DNA of 64,000 nt from an uncultured Clostridia bacterium (GTDB taxonomy: Bacteria > Bacillota > Clostridia > Christensenellales > UBA1242). Positions 19,019 through 30,227 of this stretch are shown here, one piece after another (the first letter of the stretch is position 1; each line of letters opens with the position of its first letter). The translations under genes and the position numbers were made by a program. The DNA is taken from positions 28,743 through 92,742 of the forward strand of contig CALWRJ010000013.1 of NCBI GenBank assembly GCA_944383915.1, read 5' to 3'. A model generated the notes under the pieces. That model made no database searches and was not told where the DNA came from. It saw only the letters and a list, made by a program, of their open reading frames with translations.

Positions 19019-20395
19019 ATGCAAAAAAGCGCTTATTTAAGTCTTATCTTTTTTGTTTTTTCTTTGCTTATTTTTTGCTTATTTTTTTCTACACCTGTAT
19101 ATGCAACGAATGACAATGTTATAAGTATGCGCTTTTGCTATCAAGATAAAGTTTTTACTTATAACACTTCACACCTCGATAATATTAACAATTTTTATTT
19201 GCGCTCAATTGCTCAAAAGAATGGCAGACTCGGTTCGCCTCAAAAACGCGCTGATTTACTTGAACGAGTTTTAAAACTGGGCTTTACACCACAAGAGGCA
19301 ATTCAGTATGTTTTTAAAGGTTTAGAACAAGTTGTTTTAGATATGCAAAAGAGTATAGACTGTATTCCAGTTGATGCAGAAATGGAGTTTAAGCCAAACA
19401 CTTCACCTTACTTCTTTTTTAAAAAGGAAAAAATAGGTTTTAAACTAGATTTATATGATTTAGTGAATGAAATTATTGAAAATTTGCGAAAAAGTAATTC
19501 TTTTACGATTCAACTTAATCCAGAGCAACTAAATCCTAGTGTTTTTTATGATGATTTAAAAGATTATGCAAATTTACGCAGTTCCTTTTATACAAGTTTT
19601 AATGAGAAAAACTCAAATCGCAAACACAATATCGCGCTCGCAATAGGTAAATTTAATGGATTAAAAATCGAAGTAGGGCAAGAGTATTCATTTAATTCAA
19701 TAACTGGTCGCAGAACAGAACAAAATGGTTACTTACCAGCGAATATTATAGTTGATAAAAAATATGTAGAAGGCTACGGGGGCGGGGTGTGTCAAGCAAG
19801 CACAACTTTATATAATGCACTATTACTTGCTGGAAATGATTTCCGTGAAGTTCACAGCCATTCGCTTGTAAGTAGTTATGTAAATATGGGGTTTGACGCT
19901 ATGGTAAACTACGGCACTTCGGACTTGCGATGGATAAACAACACAAAAACGCCAATGTATGTGCGTACATATGTTAATGGTAATCGAGTAGGCGTGCAAG
20001 TTTATGGAAAGCCTGATGATAAAAATTATACATATAAGCGAGTAACTGAAATAGAACAAGAAATTGAACCGCCTGCCGATGAAATAATAATTGACAAAAC
20101 AGGAAAGTATTCCAATCTCGTAAATTATACCGATGAAAGTGCTTATATAGAAGCATCGCATAAAGGGTATAAAGTGCGTGCAATTTTAGAAAAATATGAT
20201 GGAGATAAATTAGTAGAAAAAAAATTTTTACGCCGAGTATCATATAACGCGACAAAAGGTGTAAAAGTCGTTGGAGCGAAAGAGCGCCCAGTAGAACCCG
20301 AGCCTATAAACGATAATCAGGAAATCGTTGATGATATTGGAGGTTCTTTAAGCGAGAGTACAATCGAATTTTGGAAAAAGTATATTTATTATTAA
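19019..20395 (+). CDS. VanW/YoaR-like protein
   Basis: NR..NI.LA...NG, YSFN..TG.R...GY, GGGVCQ.STTLYNA, HS. Confidence 0.9.
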   Translation: MQKSAYLSLIFFVFSLLIFCLFFSTPVYATNDNVISMRFCYQDKVFTYNTSHLDNINNFYLRSIAQKNGRLGSPQKRADLLERVLKLGFTPQEAIQYVFKGLEQVVLDMQKSIDCIPVDAEMEFKPNTSPYFFFKKEKIGFKLDLYDLVNEIIENLRKSNSFTIQLNPEQLNPSVFYDDLKDYANLRSSFYTSFNEKNSNRKHNIALAIGKFNGLKIEVGQEYSFNSITGRRTEQNGYLPANIIVDKKYVEGYGGGVCQASTTLYNALLLAGNDFREVHSHSLVSSYVNMGFDAMVNYGTSDLRWINNTKTPMYVRTYVNGNRVGVQVYGKPDDKNYTYKRVTEIEQEIEPPADEIIIDKTGKYSNLVNYTDESAYIEASHKGYKVRAILEKYDGDKLVEKKFLRRVSYNATKGVKVVGAKERPVEPEPINDNQEIVDDIGGSLSESTIEFWKKYIYY

Positions 20396-20481
20396 ATAAT
20401 GCCGAAAATTGTTAGACAAACAAAGTAAATATTTTGTATAATTAAGTAGATAATAGTTCAATATTTATAAAAGGTAAACTT

Positions 20482-21495
20482 ATGTGGTGGATTTGGCTCT
20501 TTTTTGCTGTATCTTTAATTATTATTATCTACATTTCAAATAAAATTGGAGGTGTAGTAGATGCGTTGGACAAAAAAACTAAATTGTCCGGCGCTTTTTT
20601 AGGTGCAGTTTTATTAGCAGCCGTCACCAGTTTACCCGAGCTTGTTACAAGTACCACCACCGCCGCAATGCAAGAGCCTGAAATGACACTTGGCAATATT
20701 TTAGGCACAAATCTATTTGATATAGTAATTATCGGCATAATTTTAGTTATATTTTTTAATAAAATCAAGCAAAGAAAAGTCTGTAAGTCTAATGTTATTT
20801 TTGGAATATTTACCGTTATAATAAGTGCCATTATTTTATTATGTATGGTGTTTGGTATGGAGATTGTTATTCCATATGTAAATATTAATATTATCAGTTT
20901 GATAATTTTTGCTATTTATTTGTTTGCGTTATTTATTATGCGTAAAGTAAATGACCCGCAAGATGACGATACATTAAGTGTAGGTGATACTCAAAATAAA
21001 TATGAAGCAATTTCTGTAAGAAAACTTGCGTGGCTGTTTACGACTCTTTCAATTGCGCTTGTGGCTGTGTCAATTATTATTACATTTATGGCAGAATACT
21101 TGGCTGATGTGTACGGAATGAATAAGGGACTTGCGGGGGCTTTGTTTGTAGGTGTACCAACCAGTTTTCCAGAATTAGTATCTTGCATTGCTTTGGTTCG
21201 CTATGGTAATTTTGATGCAGCATATGGAAATATTGTGGGTTCGTGCTTGTTTAATTATGTGGTTATAGGAATCGCTGATATCGCGTTTATTTCGGGTACT
21301 GTCTTTACTTCAAGTACAAGCAATATTATAATGTCTGCGTGCCTAATGGTAGAAGCAACACTACTACTTGTTTTAGGCGCAATTAAAAACAAACGCACAA
21401 TTATAGGTACAACAACATCATTTTTAGTTTCAATCGGCATTTTAATGATTGATATCTATGTTGTTTGGCTAGTTTTAACTACATTTCTAGCATAA
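20482..21495 (+). CDS. Sodium:calcium antiporter family protein
   Basis: Two alpha repeats TSLPE/TSFPE with GNILG/GNIVGS. Confidence 0.9.
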   Translation: MWWIWLFFAVSLIIIIYISNKIGGVVDALDKKTKLSGAFLGAVLLAAVTSLPELVTSTTTAAMQEPEMTLGNILGTNLFDIVIIGIILVIFFNKIKQRKVCKSNVIFGIFTVIISAIILLCMVFGMEIVIPYVNINIISLIIFAIYLFALFIMRKVNDPQDDDTLSVGDTQNKYEAISVRKLAWLFTTLSIALVAVSIIITFMAEYLADVYGMNKGLAGALFVGVPTSFPELVSCIALVRYGNFDAAYGNIVGSCLFNYVVIGIADIAFISGTVFTSSTSNIIMSACLMVEATLLLVLGAIKNKRTIIGTTTSFLVSIGILMIDIYVVWLVLTTFLA

Positions 21496-21581
21496 TTTAT
21501 TTAATTTAAAAATGTTATAAATCATATTAAAAATTATAGTTAAAAAACATTTTTGAAATTTAATAAAATGGCTTAAATCTA

Positions 21582-21610
21582 TTGACACAGACTAATTTTA
21601 TTGGTATAAT
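21582..21610 (+). promoter_or_regulatory. Sigma-A promoter of the str operon
   Basis: TTGACA-N17-TATAAT. Confidence 0.85.
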
Positions 21611-21619
21611 ACAAATCGT

Positions 21620-21862
21620 TACAAATGATTTTGTAGCGTTTTTCTATACTCTCTAGTATAGGATGAAAGTATGTGTATATACTTTCTTAAAACTATTACA
21701 AAATCCAGAATATCTGGTCGTGGCAAACGGGTAATATGTGGTGTGTTATCTGTTTGCCAGCAGGACGCTATTTGCCTAGCATAATTGTTCATTCCACAAA
21801 TGTTTAGGTTACTTTTACGCGCCAAGTCGCATCAAAAATTTAGGGTTGAATGTTGCGACATC
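21620..21862 (+). ncRNA. Structured 5' leader of rpsL (candidate cis-regulatory RNA)
   Basis: Multiple nested inverted repeats between promoter and RBS. Confidence 0.5.
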
Positions 21863-21882
21863 GAATTTATAAGGAGGAAAAT

Positions 21883-22257
21883 ATGCCTACGATAAACCAA
21901 CTAGTTAGGAAAAGCCGTAAGCCTATAAAGAGAAAATCAAAATCTCCGCTATTAGAGCAATGTCCTCAAAAGCGTGGTGTGTGCTTTGCTGTTACTACAA
22001 CTACACCTAAAAAGCCTAACTCTGCTTTGCGTAAAATTGCAAAGGTTCGTTTAAGCAACGGTAGTGAAAGTACTATGTACATTCCAGGCGAAGGGCACAA
22101 CCTTCAAGAGCACTCGGTTGTTTTGGTTCGTGGTGGTCGTGTTAAAGACCTTGTCGGTGTGCGTTATCACATCGTTCGTGGTGTGCTTGATACAGCAGGT
22201 ACAGCAAAGCGTAAACAAGGTCGTAGTAAATACGGTACCAAAAAAGACGCTAAGTAA
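21883..22257 (+). CDS. rpsL: 30S ribosomal protein S12
   Basis: [27 protein letters not shown]. Confidence 0.98.
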   Translation: MPTINQLVRKSRKPIKRKSKSPLLEQCPQKRGVCFAVTTTTPKKPNSALRKIAKVRLSNGSESTMYIPGEGHNLQEHSVVLVRGGRVKDLVGVRYHIVRGVLDTAGTAKRKQGRSKYGTKKDAK

Positions 22258-22309
22258 TCTATATCTTTATATTTAAGAATTTAACATAAATCACAAAAGG
22301 AGAATAATT

Positions 22310-22780
22310 ATGTCAAGACGCAATGCAGCCCCAGTGCGCAGTGTGTTGCCGGACCCTGTATACAACAGCACCGTTGTTCGCAAACTTATCAACCAAGTTA
22401 TGCTAGACGGAAAGTTGAGTATCGCTGAAAAACTTGTTTATGATGCACTCAACATCGCTTCTGAAAAGACAGGTGTTGCACCAATGGAAACTTTAGAAAA
22501 AGCATTGGAAAATGCAAGTCCTATAGTGGAAACACGCGCACGCAAAGTAGGTGGCGCAACATATCAAGTGCCCGTAGAAATTCGTCCCGCTCGCCGTCAA
22601 ACACTTGCTATTAGATGGATAGTATTGTTTGCAAAGAAGCGTGGTGAACGCGGTATGGAGCACAAACTCGCAGGTGAACTCACTGATGCTTTTAATAATA
22701 CAGGTGGTGCTATAAAGAGAAAGGACGAAGTTCACCGTATGGCAGAAGCAAACAAGGCTTTTGCACACTTTAAGTGGTAA
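22310..22780 (+). CDS. rpsG: 30S ribosomal protein S7
   Basis: VGGATYQVPVE, HRMAEANKAFAH. Confidence 0.98.
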   Translation: MSRRNAAPVRSVLPDPVYNSTVVRKLINQVMLDGKLSIAEKLVYDALNIASEKTGVAPMETLEKALENASPIVETRARKVGGATYQVPVEIRPARRQTLAIRWIVLFAKKRGERGMEHKLAGELTDAFNNTGGAIKRKDEVHRMAEANKAFAHFKW

Positions 22781-22806
22781 TAAAATAAGGAGAGAAATAA
22801 GATAGA

Positions 22807-24882
22807 ATGGCAAGAACTACACCTTTAGATAAGATACGCAATATAGGCATTATGGCACACATTGATGCAGGTAAAACTACAACTACTGAGCGTATTTTAT
22901 ACTACACTGGTATAACTCACAAACTAGGCGAAGTTCACGAAGGTCAGGCTACTATGGACTGGATGGTTCAAGAGCGCGAGCGTGGTATCACAATTACTTC
23001 TGCAGCGACTACTTGTCATTGGAAAGATAATCAAATAAATATTATTGATACCCCAGGTCACGTAGACTTTACAATCGAGGTTGAACGCAGTCTAAAAGTA
23101 CTCGATGGCTCTGTTGCAGTATTTTGTGCACGCGGTGGTGTCCAACCACAGAGTGAAACAGTATGGAAACAAGCCAACAAATATGGAGTTCCTAGAATTG
23201 CATATGTTAACAAAATGGATATGAACGGCGCAGACTTTTTCAGAGTTATTGAAATGATGAAAAGTCGTTTGCGCGCAAATGCTGTACCCATTCAATTGCC
23301 AATCGGTCACGCTGACGAATTTAAAGGCGTTATCGACTTGGTTACCATGAAAGCTACTATTTATAAAGACGATGAAGGCAAGGAAATGGAGGAAATCGAT
23401 ATTCCTGCCGAATATATGGACCAAGCGAAAAAGTATCGTGCAGAACTTATTGAACATGTAGCGGAAATGGACGATGCTTTACTTGAAAAATTCTTTGCAG
23501 GTGAAGATTTCACTGAAGCAGAAATCAAACAGGGTATTCGCAAAGGTACAATTTCATTAAAAATGAACCCTGTAATTTGTGGTACAAGTTATAAAAATAA
23601 AGGTATTCAAAAATTGCTTGACGCAATTGTTGACTACTTACCAAGTCCTTTGGATGTTCCAGCAATAAAAGGCGTTTTACTTAATGGAGAAGAGGCTGAG
23701 CGTCATCCAAGTGACGATGAGCCATTTAGCGCACTCGCTTTCAAAGTTGCAACAGACCCTTACGGAAAACTTACTTACTTCCGTGTCTACAGTGGTAAAC
23801 TTGAAAGCGGAAGTTATGTATACAACTCTACAAAGGGCAAAAAAGAGCGCGTTGCTCGTTTAATTCGTATGCACTCAAATGAGCGTATCGAAATTAACGA
23901 AGTACGCACAGGTGACATTGCAGCAATTGTTGGTCTTAAAGATACTACAACAGGTGACACTCTTTGTGATGAAGCACATCCAATCATTTTGGAAAGTATC
24001 AATTTCCCAGACCCAGTTATTCGTATCGCAATTGAACCTAAAACAAAAGCAGGTCAAGAAAAGTTGGTCGCTGCACTATTAAAGTTTGCAGAAGAGGACC
24101 CATCATTCAAGACCTATACTGACCAAGAAACAGGTCAAACAATTATCGCTGGTATGGGCGAACTTCACCTTGATATTTATTGCGACAGATTGAAGCGTGA
24201 ATTTAACATTGACGCAAATATTGGTAAGCCACAAGTTGCTTATCGCGAAACAATTCGCAGTAAAACAAAACAAGAAGGAAAATACATTCGTCAGTCAGGT
24301 GGTAAAGGTCAATATGGTCACTGTGTAATTGAAATGGAACCTTTACCAGCAGGCTCTGGCTATGAATTTGTAAACAAAATCGTAGGTGGTGCTATTCCAA
24401 AAGAATTTATCCCTGCAATTGACGAAGGTATTCGTGAAGCCGCTCAAAACGGCGTGCTAGCAGGCTATGAAATGGTTGACTTCCGTGTAACACTTGTTGA
24501 TGGTAGTTTCCACGATGTAGACTCTAGTGAAATGGCATTTAAGATTGCTGGTAGTATGGCATTTAAGGAAGCTGCCAAGAATGCTAACCCTGTAATCTTA
24601 GAGCCAATTATGAAGGTGCAAGTCATCGTTCCTGAGGAATACTTGGGCGATGTTATGGGCGATATTAACCGTCGTAGAGGACAGTTAAGAGAAATGGAGA
24701 GCGAGGACGGTCAGCAGACAATAAACGCACTCGTTCCTCTTGCCGAAATGTTTGGTTATGCAACCGACTTGCGCAGTATCACTCAAGGTCGTGGTATATT
24801 TACTATGGACTTAGAGTGCTACTCAGAAGTGCCCAAATTTGTTGCTGAAAAGATTATTGGGCAAAGAAACTCTGCCAATTAA
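22807..24882 (+). CDS. fusA: Elongation factor G
   Basis: [28 protein letters not shown]. Confidence 0.99.
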   Translation: MARTTPLDKIRNIGIMAHIDAGKTTTTERILYYTGITHKLGEVHEGQATMDWMVQERERGITITSAATTCHWKDNQINIIDTPGHVDFTIEVERSLKVLDGSVAVFCARGGVQPQSETVWKQANKYGVPRIAYVNKMDMNGADFFRVIEMMKSRLRANAVPIQLPIGHADEFKGVIDLVTMKATIYKDDEGKEMEEIDIPAEYMDQAKKYRAELIEHVAEMDDALLEKFFAGEDFTEAEIKQGIRKGTISLKMNPVICGTSYKNKGIQKLLDAIVDYLPSPLDVPAIKGVLLNGEEAERHPSDDEPFSALAFKVATDPYGKLTYFRVYSGKLESGSYVYNSTKGKKERVARLIRMHSNERIEINEVRTGDIAAIVGLKDTTTGDTLCDEAHPIILESINFPDPVIRIAIEPKTKAGQEKLVAALLKFAEEDPSFKTYTDQETGQTIIAGMGELHLDIYCDRLKREFNIDANIGKPQVAYRETIRSKTKQEGKYIRQSGGKGQYGHCVIEMEPLPAGSGYEFVNKIVGGAIPKEFIPAIDEGIREAAQNGVLAGYEMVDFRVTLVDGSFHDVDSSEMAFKIAGSMAFKEAAKNANPVILEPIMKVQVIVPEEYLGDVMGDINRRRGQLREMESEDGQQTINALVPLAEMFGYATDLRSITQGRGIFTMDLECYSEVPKFVAEKIIGQRNSAN

Positions 24883-24912
24883 AAAAATTTAATAAGGAGA
24901 ATTTAAAAGATT

Positions 24913-26124
24913 ATGGCAAAAGCAAAATTTGAAAGTAAAAAACCCCACTTTAACTTGGGTACAATCGGTCATGTAGACCACGGTAAAACAACTTTGACTG
25001 CTGCTATTACAACAGTATTGTCAAAGAAAGGTTTGGCTGAAGCACGCGACTATGCTTCAATCGATATGACTCCAGAGGAGCGTCAACGCGGTATTACAAT
25101 TAACTCAACTCACGTAGAGTACGAAACAAACAAGCGTCACTACGCTCACGTAGACTGCCCAGGCCACGCAGACTATGTTAAAAACATGATTACTGGTGCT
25201 GCACAGATGGACGGTGCAATCTTGGTAGTTGCTGCAAACGCAGGTGTTATGCCTCAAACTCGTGAACACATCCTTCTTGCTCGTCAGGTTGGTGTGCCAG
25301 CAATTATCGTGTTCGTAAACAAGGTAGACTTGCTTCCTCCTGCAGACCGTGCAGAACTTCTTGAACTCGTTGAAATGGAAATCCGTGACCTATTAACAGA
25401 GTATGGTTTCCCTGGAGACGAAACTCCAATTATTTTCGGTAGTGCAAAGGCTGCTCTTGATGCTGCTGTTGCAGGTAATGTAGATGGCGAAGAGTGCAAG
25501 TGCATTTTTGAACTTATGGATGCTTGTGACAGCTACTTCAAAGACCCTGTTCGTGATGTAGACAAACCATTCCTTATGCCAGTTGAAGACGTATTTACTA
25601 TTACAGGTCGTGGTACCGTTGGTACAGGTCGTGTAGAACGTGGTAAAGTTAAAGTCGGTGACACTGTTGAAATCGTTGGTCTTGGCCCAACAAAAACAAC
25701 TGTTGTAACAGGTGTTGAAATGTTCAAGAAATTGCTTGACGAAGCAGTTGCTGGTTACAACATTGGTGTATTGCTTCGTGGTGTTGAGCGTAAAGACCTT
25801 CAACGTGGTCAAGTACTTGCTGCACCTAAGACAATTACTCCACACACTAAATTTACAGCAAGCGTTTATGTATTAAAGAAAGAAGAGGGTGGCCGTTCTA
25901 CTCCATTCGTATCTGGTTACCGTCCTCAATTCTACTTCCGTACTACAGACGTTACAGGTACAATTAAACTTCCTGATGGTGTTGAAATGTGTATGCCTGG
26001 TGACAATGTTGAAATGGAAGTTGAATTAATCAGCCCTATCGCTATCGAAGAAGGTCTTCGCTTCGCTATCCGTGAAGGTGGACACACAGTAGGTAGTGGT
26101 GTAGTTTCAAAAATTATTAAATAA
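24913..26124 (+). CDS. tuf: Elongation factor Tu
   Basis: [32 protein letters not shown]. Confidence 0.99.
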   Translation: MAKAKFESKKPHFNLGTIGHVDHGKTTLTAAITTVLSKKGLAEARDYASIDMTPEERQRGITINSTHVEYETNKRHYAHVDCPGHADYVKNMITGAAQMDGAILVVAANAGVMPQTREHILLARQVGVPAIIVFVNKVDLLPPADRAELLELVEMEIRDLLTEYGFPGDETPIIFGSAKAALDAAVAGNVDGEECKCIFELMDACDSYFKDPVRDVDKPFLMPVEDVFTITGRGTVGTGRVERGKVKVGDTVEIVGLGPTKTTVVTGVEMFKKLLDEAVAGYNIGVLLRGVERKDLQRGQVLAAPKTITPHTKFTASVYVLKKEEGGRSTPFVSGYRPQFYFRTTDVTGTIKLPDGVEMCMPGDNVEMEVELISPIAIEEGLRFAIREGGHTVGSGVVSKIIK

Positions 26125-26142
26125 TTTAATTACATTAATAAC

Positions 26143-26169
26143 AAAAAGTCCGATTTATTCGGGCTTTTT
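26143..26169 (+). terminator. tuf terminator
   Basis: AAAAAGTCCGA...TCGGGCTTTTT. Confidence 0.8.
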
Positions 26170-26347
26170 CGTTTTATCTTGATAAAAATTTTTTAACTCA
26201 TTTATTTAGTTATTGTCAAATTGTAAGGGCTATTAAGTTGCGTTTGTTCGATTTGGGGTTGCTTGATTTGAGTGTTAAAGAAAAAGTAATTTATGAATAA
26301 TTATGCAATTTATTTTATAATTATTAAAAAATTTTTTGATTTTGTAT

Positions 26348-26560
26348 TGACAATTTTTATTTACTTTGATAAAATAACATTGCTTTTCAATAAAAGCATC
26401 TTAACTAGGAGAGTAAATAATATGTCAGAAAGGATTAAAGGTTAGTAGGTTAAAACTTTTTTATGAGCCCTATTTTATAGGGATGTTTTGCCTACACTTT
26501 AATAATTTTTGACACAGTTTACTTTATTAGTAAGGTGCTTTTTTTGTTATATTTTGAAAG
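26348..26560 (+). promoter_or_regulatory. Promoter plus uORF attenuator leader of the ABC-F gene
   Basis: TTGACA..TAAAAT; uORF MSERIKG* (26422-26445) with GGAG RBS; alternative stems and a T-run terminator. Confidence 0.7.
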
Positions 26561-26601
26561 GTGTAGATTGTGTCATAAAAACTAATTAAGGAGTAAGAAT
26601 T

Positions 26602-28092
26602 ATGATACAATTACATAATGTAACAAAAGAATTTGGTAACAAAATAGTTTTAGATAATGTAAATTTGGCTATTTATGACGGCGAAAAAATAGGAATTGTA
26701 GGCGAAAATGGGCAGGGGAAATCTACATTAATAGAAATTATCACAGGCAAGCAAGCGGCTGAAAATGGAAGTGTAGTAAACCCAGAAAACTTTGGCTTTT
26801 TGGAACAAAATGCTATTGTTGACACTAAAAATTTATTGACAAAATTAAATGACGATGCGTTCGCGAAAGATTTTAGTAAGTATTTGAATATTTTTAAAAT
26901 TAGTAATGAAATAGCATTTAATGAAAGTATTTTATCAAATTTGAGTTGTGGTGAGCGCACAAAAATTAGACTTTGCGAACTTTTTGCTTTGAGCCCAAAC
27001 ACATTAATTCTAGACGAGCCGACAAATCATTTAGATATTAATAGTAAAGAAGTGCTTATAAATTTGATTAATGATTATTGCGGTACGGTATTGCTTGTAA
27101 GCCATGATGTTGATTTCTTAAATAGAACGATTTATAAAATTATAGAAGTAAAAAATGGGAAACTAACAGAATATTTAGGCAACTTCAACGATTATCAATC
27201 ACAAAAAGAAAACGAAAAATTACGCATTACTCGAGAGTATGAAAAACATCAAAAGAAAATTAAAGAAATAAACAAACAAATTGATAATTATAAAGAAGCA
27301 TTGTATATTTCTGATTTAAAGCGCAGGCCTGGTGCTAATAGAACTTGCAATTCAACAACACAAGACGAACGCGCCACAAGTTTGAGTAGATTTGCCGCAA
27401 GTCGAATTAGCAAATTAAGACAAGAATTAAATAAAGATATTGAGCGCCCCGAAAGCGAGCATCAAATTCGTTATAAACTAAACAAAATCGACATCAAGAC
27501 GCGTTTTGCGATTGTGGCGGAAAATTTAGGTATAAAAATAGGGGATAGAACTCTTTTAGAAAATGTAAATTTTACCGTTGAAAGTGGCGACAAAATCGCT
27601 CTTATCGGCGATAATGGTGTAGGAAAAACTACTCTTGTAGACTGCATTATTAAAAATAGCGGTTATAGTGGAAAATTATTTGTTTCACCAAGTGTAAAGC
27701 CCGTGGTGATGCAACAAGATATTTATGACTTAAATTTTGATATCACAATTAATGAAATGAGTAAACTTTATGATAAAAACTATCAAACTAATTTTATAAT
27801 GAATTTATGCACAATGAATTTAGATAAATCTCGTTTCGATACTAAAATAGGGAAATTAAGCGCTGGCGAAAAAATGCGTATAAAATTAACCGAAATAATT
27901 TTAAGTGATGCCAATTTAGTTATTTTAGACGAACCAACAAATCATCTTGATATTCAAAATAAAAGATATTTGGAAAAAGTTTTATCAGGCTTTGCAGGTA
28001 CAATCATTATAATTAGCCACGATAAAGATTTTCTAAACAACACTACAAACAAAACTTTTGAAATTAAAGATAAAACTTTAAAAGTTTTCTAA
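26602..28092 (+). CDS. ABC-F family ATPase (candidate ribosome-protection ARE)
   Basis: Two NBDs (GENGQGKS, GDNGVGKT; LDEPTNHLD twice), long linker, no TM. Confidence 0.9.
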   Translation: MIQLHNVTKEFGNKIVLDNVNLAIYDGEKIGIVGENGQGKSTLIEIITGKQAAENGSVVNPENFGFLEQNAIVDTKNLLTKLNDDAFAKDFSKYLNIFKISNEIAFNESILSNLSCGERTKIRLCELFALSPNTLILDEPTNHLDINSKEVLINLINDYCGTVLLVSHDVDFLNRTIYKIIEVKNGKLTEYLGNFNDYQSQKENEKLRITREYEKHQKKIKEINKQIDNYKEALYISDLKRRPGANRTCNSTTQDERATSLSRFAASRISKLRQELNKDIERPESEHQIRYKLNKIDIKTRFAIVAENLGIKIGDRTLLENVNFTVESGDKIALIGDNGVGKTTLVDCIIKNSGYSGKLFVSPSVKPVVMQQDIYDLNFDITINEMSKLYDKNYQTNFIMNLCTMNLDKSRFDTKIGKLSAGEKMRIKLTEIILSDANLVILDEPTNHLDIQNKRYLEKVLSGFAGTIIIISHDKDFLNNTTNKTFEIKDKTLKVF

Positions 28093-28164
28093 ATTATTAA
28101 ATATATCATTTAACAATTTAAAACGAATACAAAAAAATAACGCTCAATATTATAGAAAACTAGC

Positions 28165-28204
28165 AAAAAAGATAGTGATGAACATATTTTCACTATCTTT
28201 TTTA
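28165..28204. terminator. Bidirectional terminator
   Basis: AAAAAAGATAGTGA...TCACTATCTTTTTT between convergent genes. Confidence 0.75.
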
Positions 28205-28238
28205 GTTTTAAGATTAACCGACTAAATGTTTCGTTATT

Positions 28239-28457
28239 TCATTCAAAACCGAAAAGGTCGTTTGGAGTAATACCTAAAAGTTCGCAAAGTTGCACAATTT
28301 GTTGATAATTTAATTCAAAAACACCATTTTCAAAGCGACTATATTGTTGCTGTGTCATTAGCATAACTTTTGCAACTTGCGCTTGAGTCATTTTTTTATC
28401 TTTGCGGGCTTCCTTCAATGCTTCGCCAACTGTTTTAGATATCGAGAAATTATTCAT
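28239..28457 (-). CDS. Small XRE-family HTH regulator
   Basis: LKEAR...MTQAQVA...QQQYSRFENG. Confidence 0.9.
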   Translation of the reverse strand: MNNFSISKTVGEALKEARKDKKMTQAQVAKVMLMTQQQYSRFENGVFELNYQQIVQLCELLGITPNDLFGFE

Positions 28458-28467
28458 AGTAAATTTT

Positions 28468-28520
28468 ATACCACAAACTGATGTAAAATACTTGACTTAC
28501 ATCACTTTATGATGTATAAT
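28468..28520 (+). promoter_or_regulatory. Divergent promoter with ACATCA-N5-TGATGT operators
   Basis: TTGACT-N17-TATAAT; perfect operator 28499-28515, imperfect 28468-28484. Confidence 0.75.
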
Positions 28521-28575
28521 ATTCAAAATAGAAAGTTTTATTCATTAATAAACAAAAGAAAAGGAATTTTTAATT

Positions 28576-29332
28576 ATGGAAGCAGAAAGTCAAAAAAATT
28601 TATCTACAAATATCATTTTTAAAATTTGTTTATCAGTTTTAGCAACAATTTTGTTAATTGCCTCAATGATAATTATGTTTAAAATTATAGACCTTTGTGG
28701 AATAGTGCAATCTTAATATTAATTTATACTCTAATACATCAGAAACTGCATATACTCCCATTGTTATTGCGGCTTTAGTTTTTAGCATTATTTTTTGGTT
28801 GTTAAGCATTATTTTGATTGTTTTCAGCATCACAACAATATTTAAAGAATTGCGTTCAAAATATTTTTGGACTATCGCTATAATAGTAGGTTTAGTATTT
28901 GTTGGTGTTATCTTACTTGATTTTAATGTACATTATAGTGATGTATTTAATGATTACACAAGTAGTGAATTAATGAATTCCTATTTACCATCACCAATAA
29001 GTATGTATCTTGACAATATTTATATGCCTAATATTCTTAACTCATTTTTAATGATATTTTTCTCATACTTAGCACTTGTAATTCAAACTTTAATTCCTTA
29101 TCAAATAAAAGCAAGCGAATCAAATAAAACTTTAGAAACTAAAACTATCGTATTGCCCGTAAATGAAATATACATAGAGCAACGCAAAGAAATTGAAGCC
29201 GAGATTGCAGAACAGAAACAAAAACAAAAATTATTTGAATTGCAAAACGAATTAAACCAACTCCGTAAGCAAAATGAGATATACTTAAACGATAATAATC
29301 AAAACAAACCAGAAAATGATGAACAAAAATAA
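28576..29332 (+). pseudogene. Frameshifted multi-TM membrane protein with C-terminal coiled coil
   Basis: AAGGA RBS and ATG 28576 stop at 28714-28716; continuation in another frame from ~28706 into ORF 28799-29332. Confidence 0.65.
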
Positions 29333-29499
29333 CCATTTTAACGCGCTTTACTATAAATCTAGCAAAAATTTTTTGCTATTTTTTTATTTTTACAAATTAT
29401 AATGCAATTGCCTTGTATTAATTTTAAGTTATTATTATAAAAAGTTTAGGATAGGGAAGTAATAGAAAAACAAGCACTTTTTATGTGCATGTTTAAATT

Positions 29500-30186
29500 T
29501 TATTTCTCTGCGTTTTCATTTAGTTCATTGTCTAAATTTTCGTTTTGCTTTTTTGTTTTAGACTTTTTACGAATTTTTTCTCCACGCTTTATTTTTAACT
29601 CTTCACGATTGTATCCGCCATAAATATACCAGTCTTGTATTATTTTATTGATATCTAGTTTATTTTCGTTGCCTACTTCTTGCATATTCTCATTAATATA
29701 GTTTAGCATTTTGATTATCTGCTTTTTGTTGTAATAGTTTATACACATTCTTTTCTTTCTTTTGCTGTTTATTAAAGTAAATACTAAATATTTTTTAGGC
29801 ATCGATGACGATACACCAATAAGTTGTATGCTTTGATTTTTAGAATTTTTCTCACTAGCAACTATTGAAATAGATTGTATATCTTTATACTTTACTATAC
29901 ATTTATATTGAATTTTTTCAAATTTAGGCAGTCCATCACCATATGTTATTATGTCTGTTTTTCTTAAATGAATTTTAAAACATAGTAAAAAGCGTATTGC
30001 CGTGAAAAACAAAAAAATTATAGCAAAAACCATTATTGCGTATTCAAAAAAATTCCATTCAATATTTGGCGAACCATTAACCAACTCAATAATAAAAGTA
30101 ACTAAACACAGGATACTTAATCCCCAGAAAAACAAATCTAGGAGCAAAAAACCTATTGATATAGGGACAAAAACTCGCTTTTTCAT
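29500..30186 (-). CDS. Hypothetical 2-TM membrane protein
   Basis: Two N-terminal hydrophobic helices, basic soluble domain. Confidence 0.7.
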   Translation of the reverse strand: MKKRVFVPISIGFLLLDLFFWGLSILCLVTFIIELVNGSPNIEWNFFEYAIMVFAIIFLFFTAIRFLLCFKIHLRKTDIITYGDGLPKFEKIQYKCIVKYKDIQSISIVASEKNSKNQSIQLIGVSSSMPKKYLVFTLINSKRKKRMCINYYNKKQIIKMLNYINENMQEVGNENKLDINKIIQDWYIYGGYNREELKIKRGEKIRKKSKTKKQNENLDNELNENAEK

Positions 30187-30227
30187 TTTAAACCTTTAAT
30201 TTAATAAGGAAATAAAGAGATAAAATT

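Noticed and set aside
19019-20395. Vancomycin resistance locus
   Set aside because: A lone VanW-domain gene without vanHAX/vanRS; typical chromosomal YoaR-like gene.
21619-21882. ORF 21619-21825 (-) and the extended rpsL start at 21850
   Set aside because: The ORF is antisense to the leader with no RBS; the true rpsL start follows AAGGAGG at 21883.
22064-25845. Antisense and alternate-frame ORFs within the str operon and other core genes
   Set aside because: Shadow ORFs of highly conserved genes, with no independent signals.
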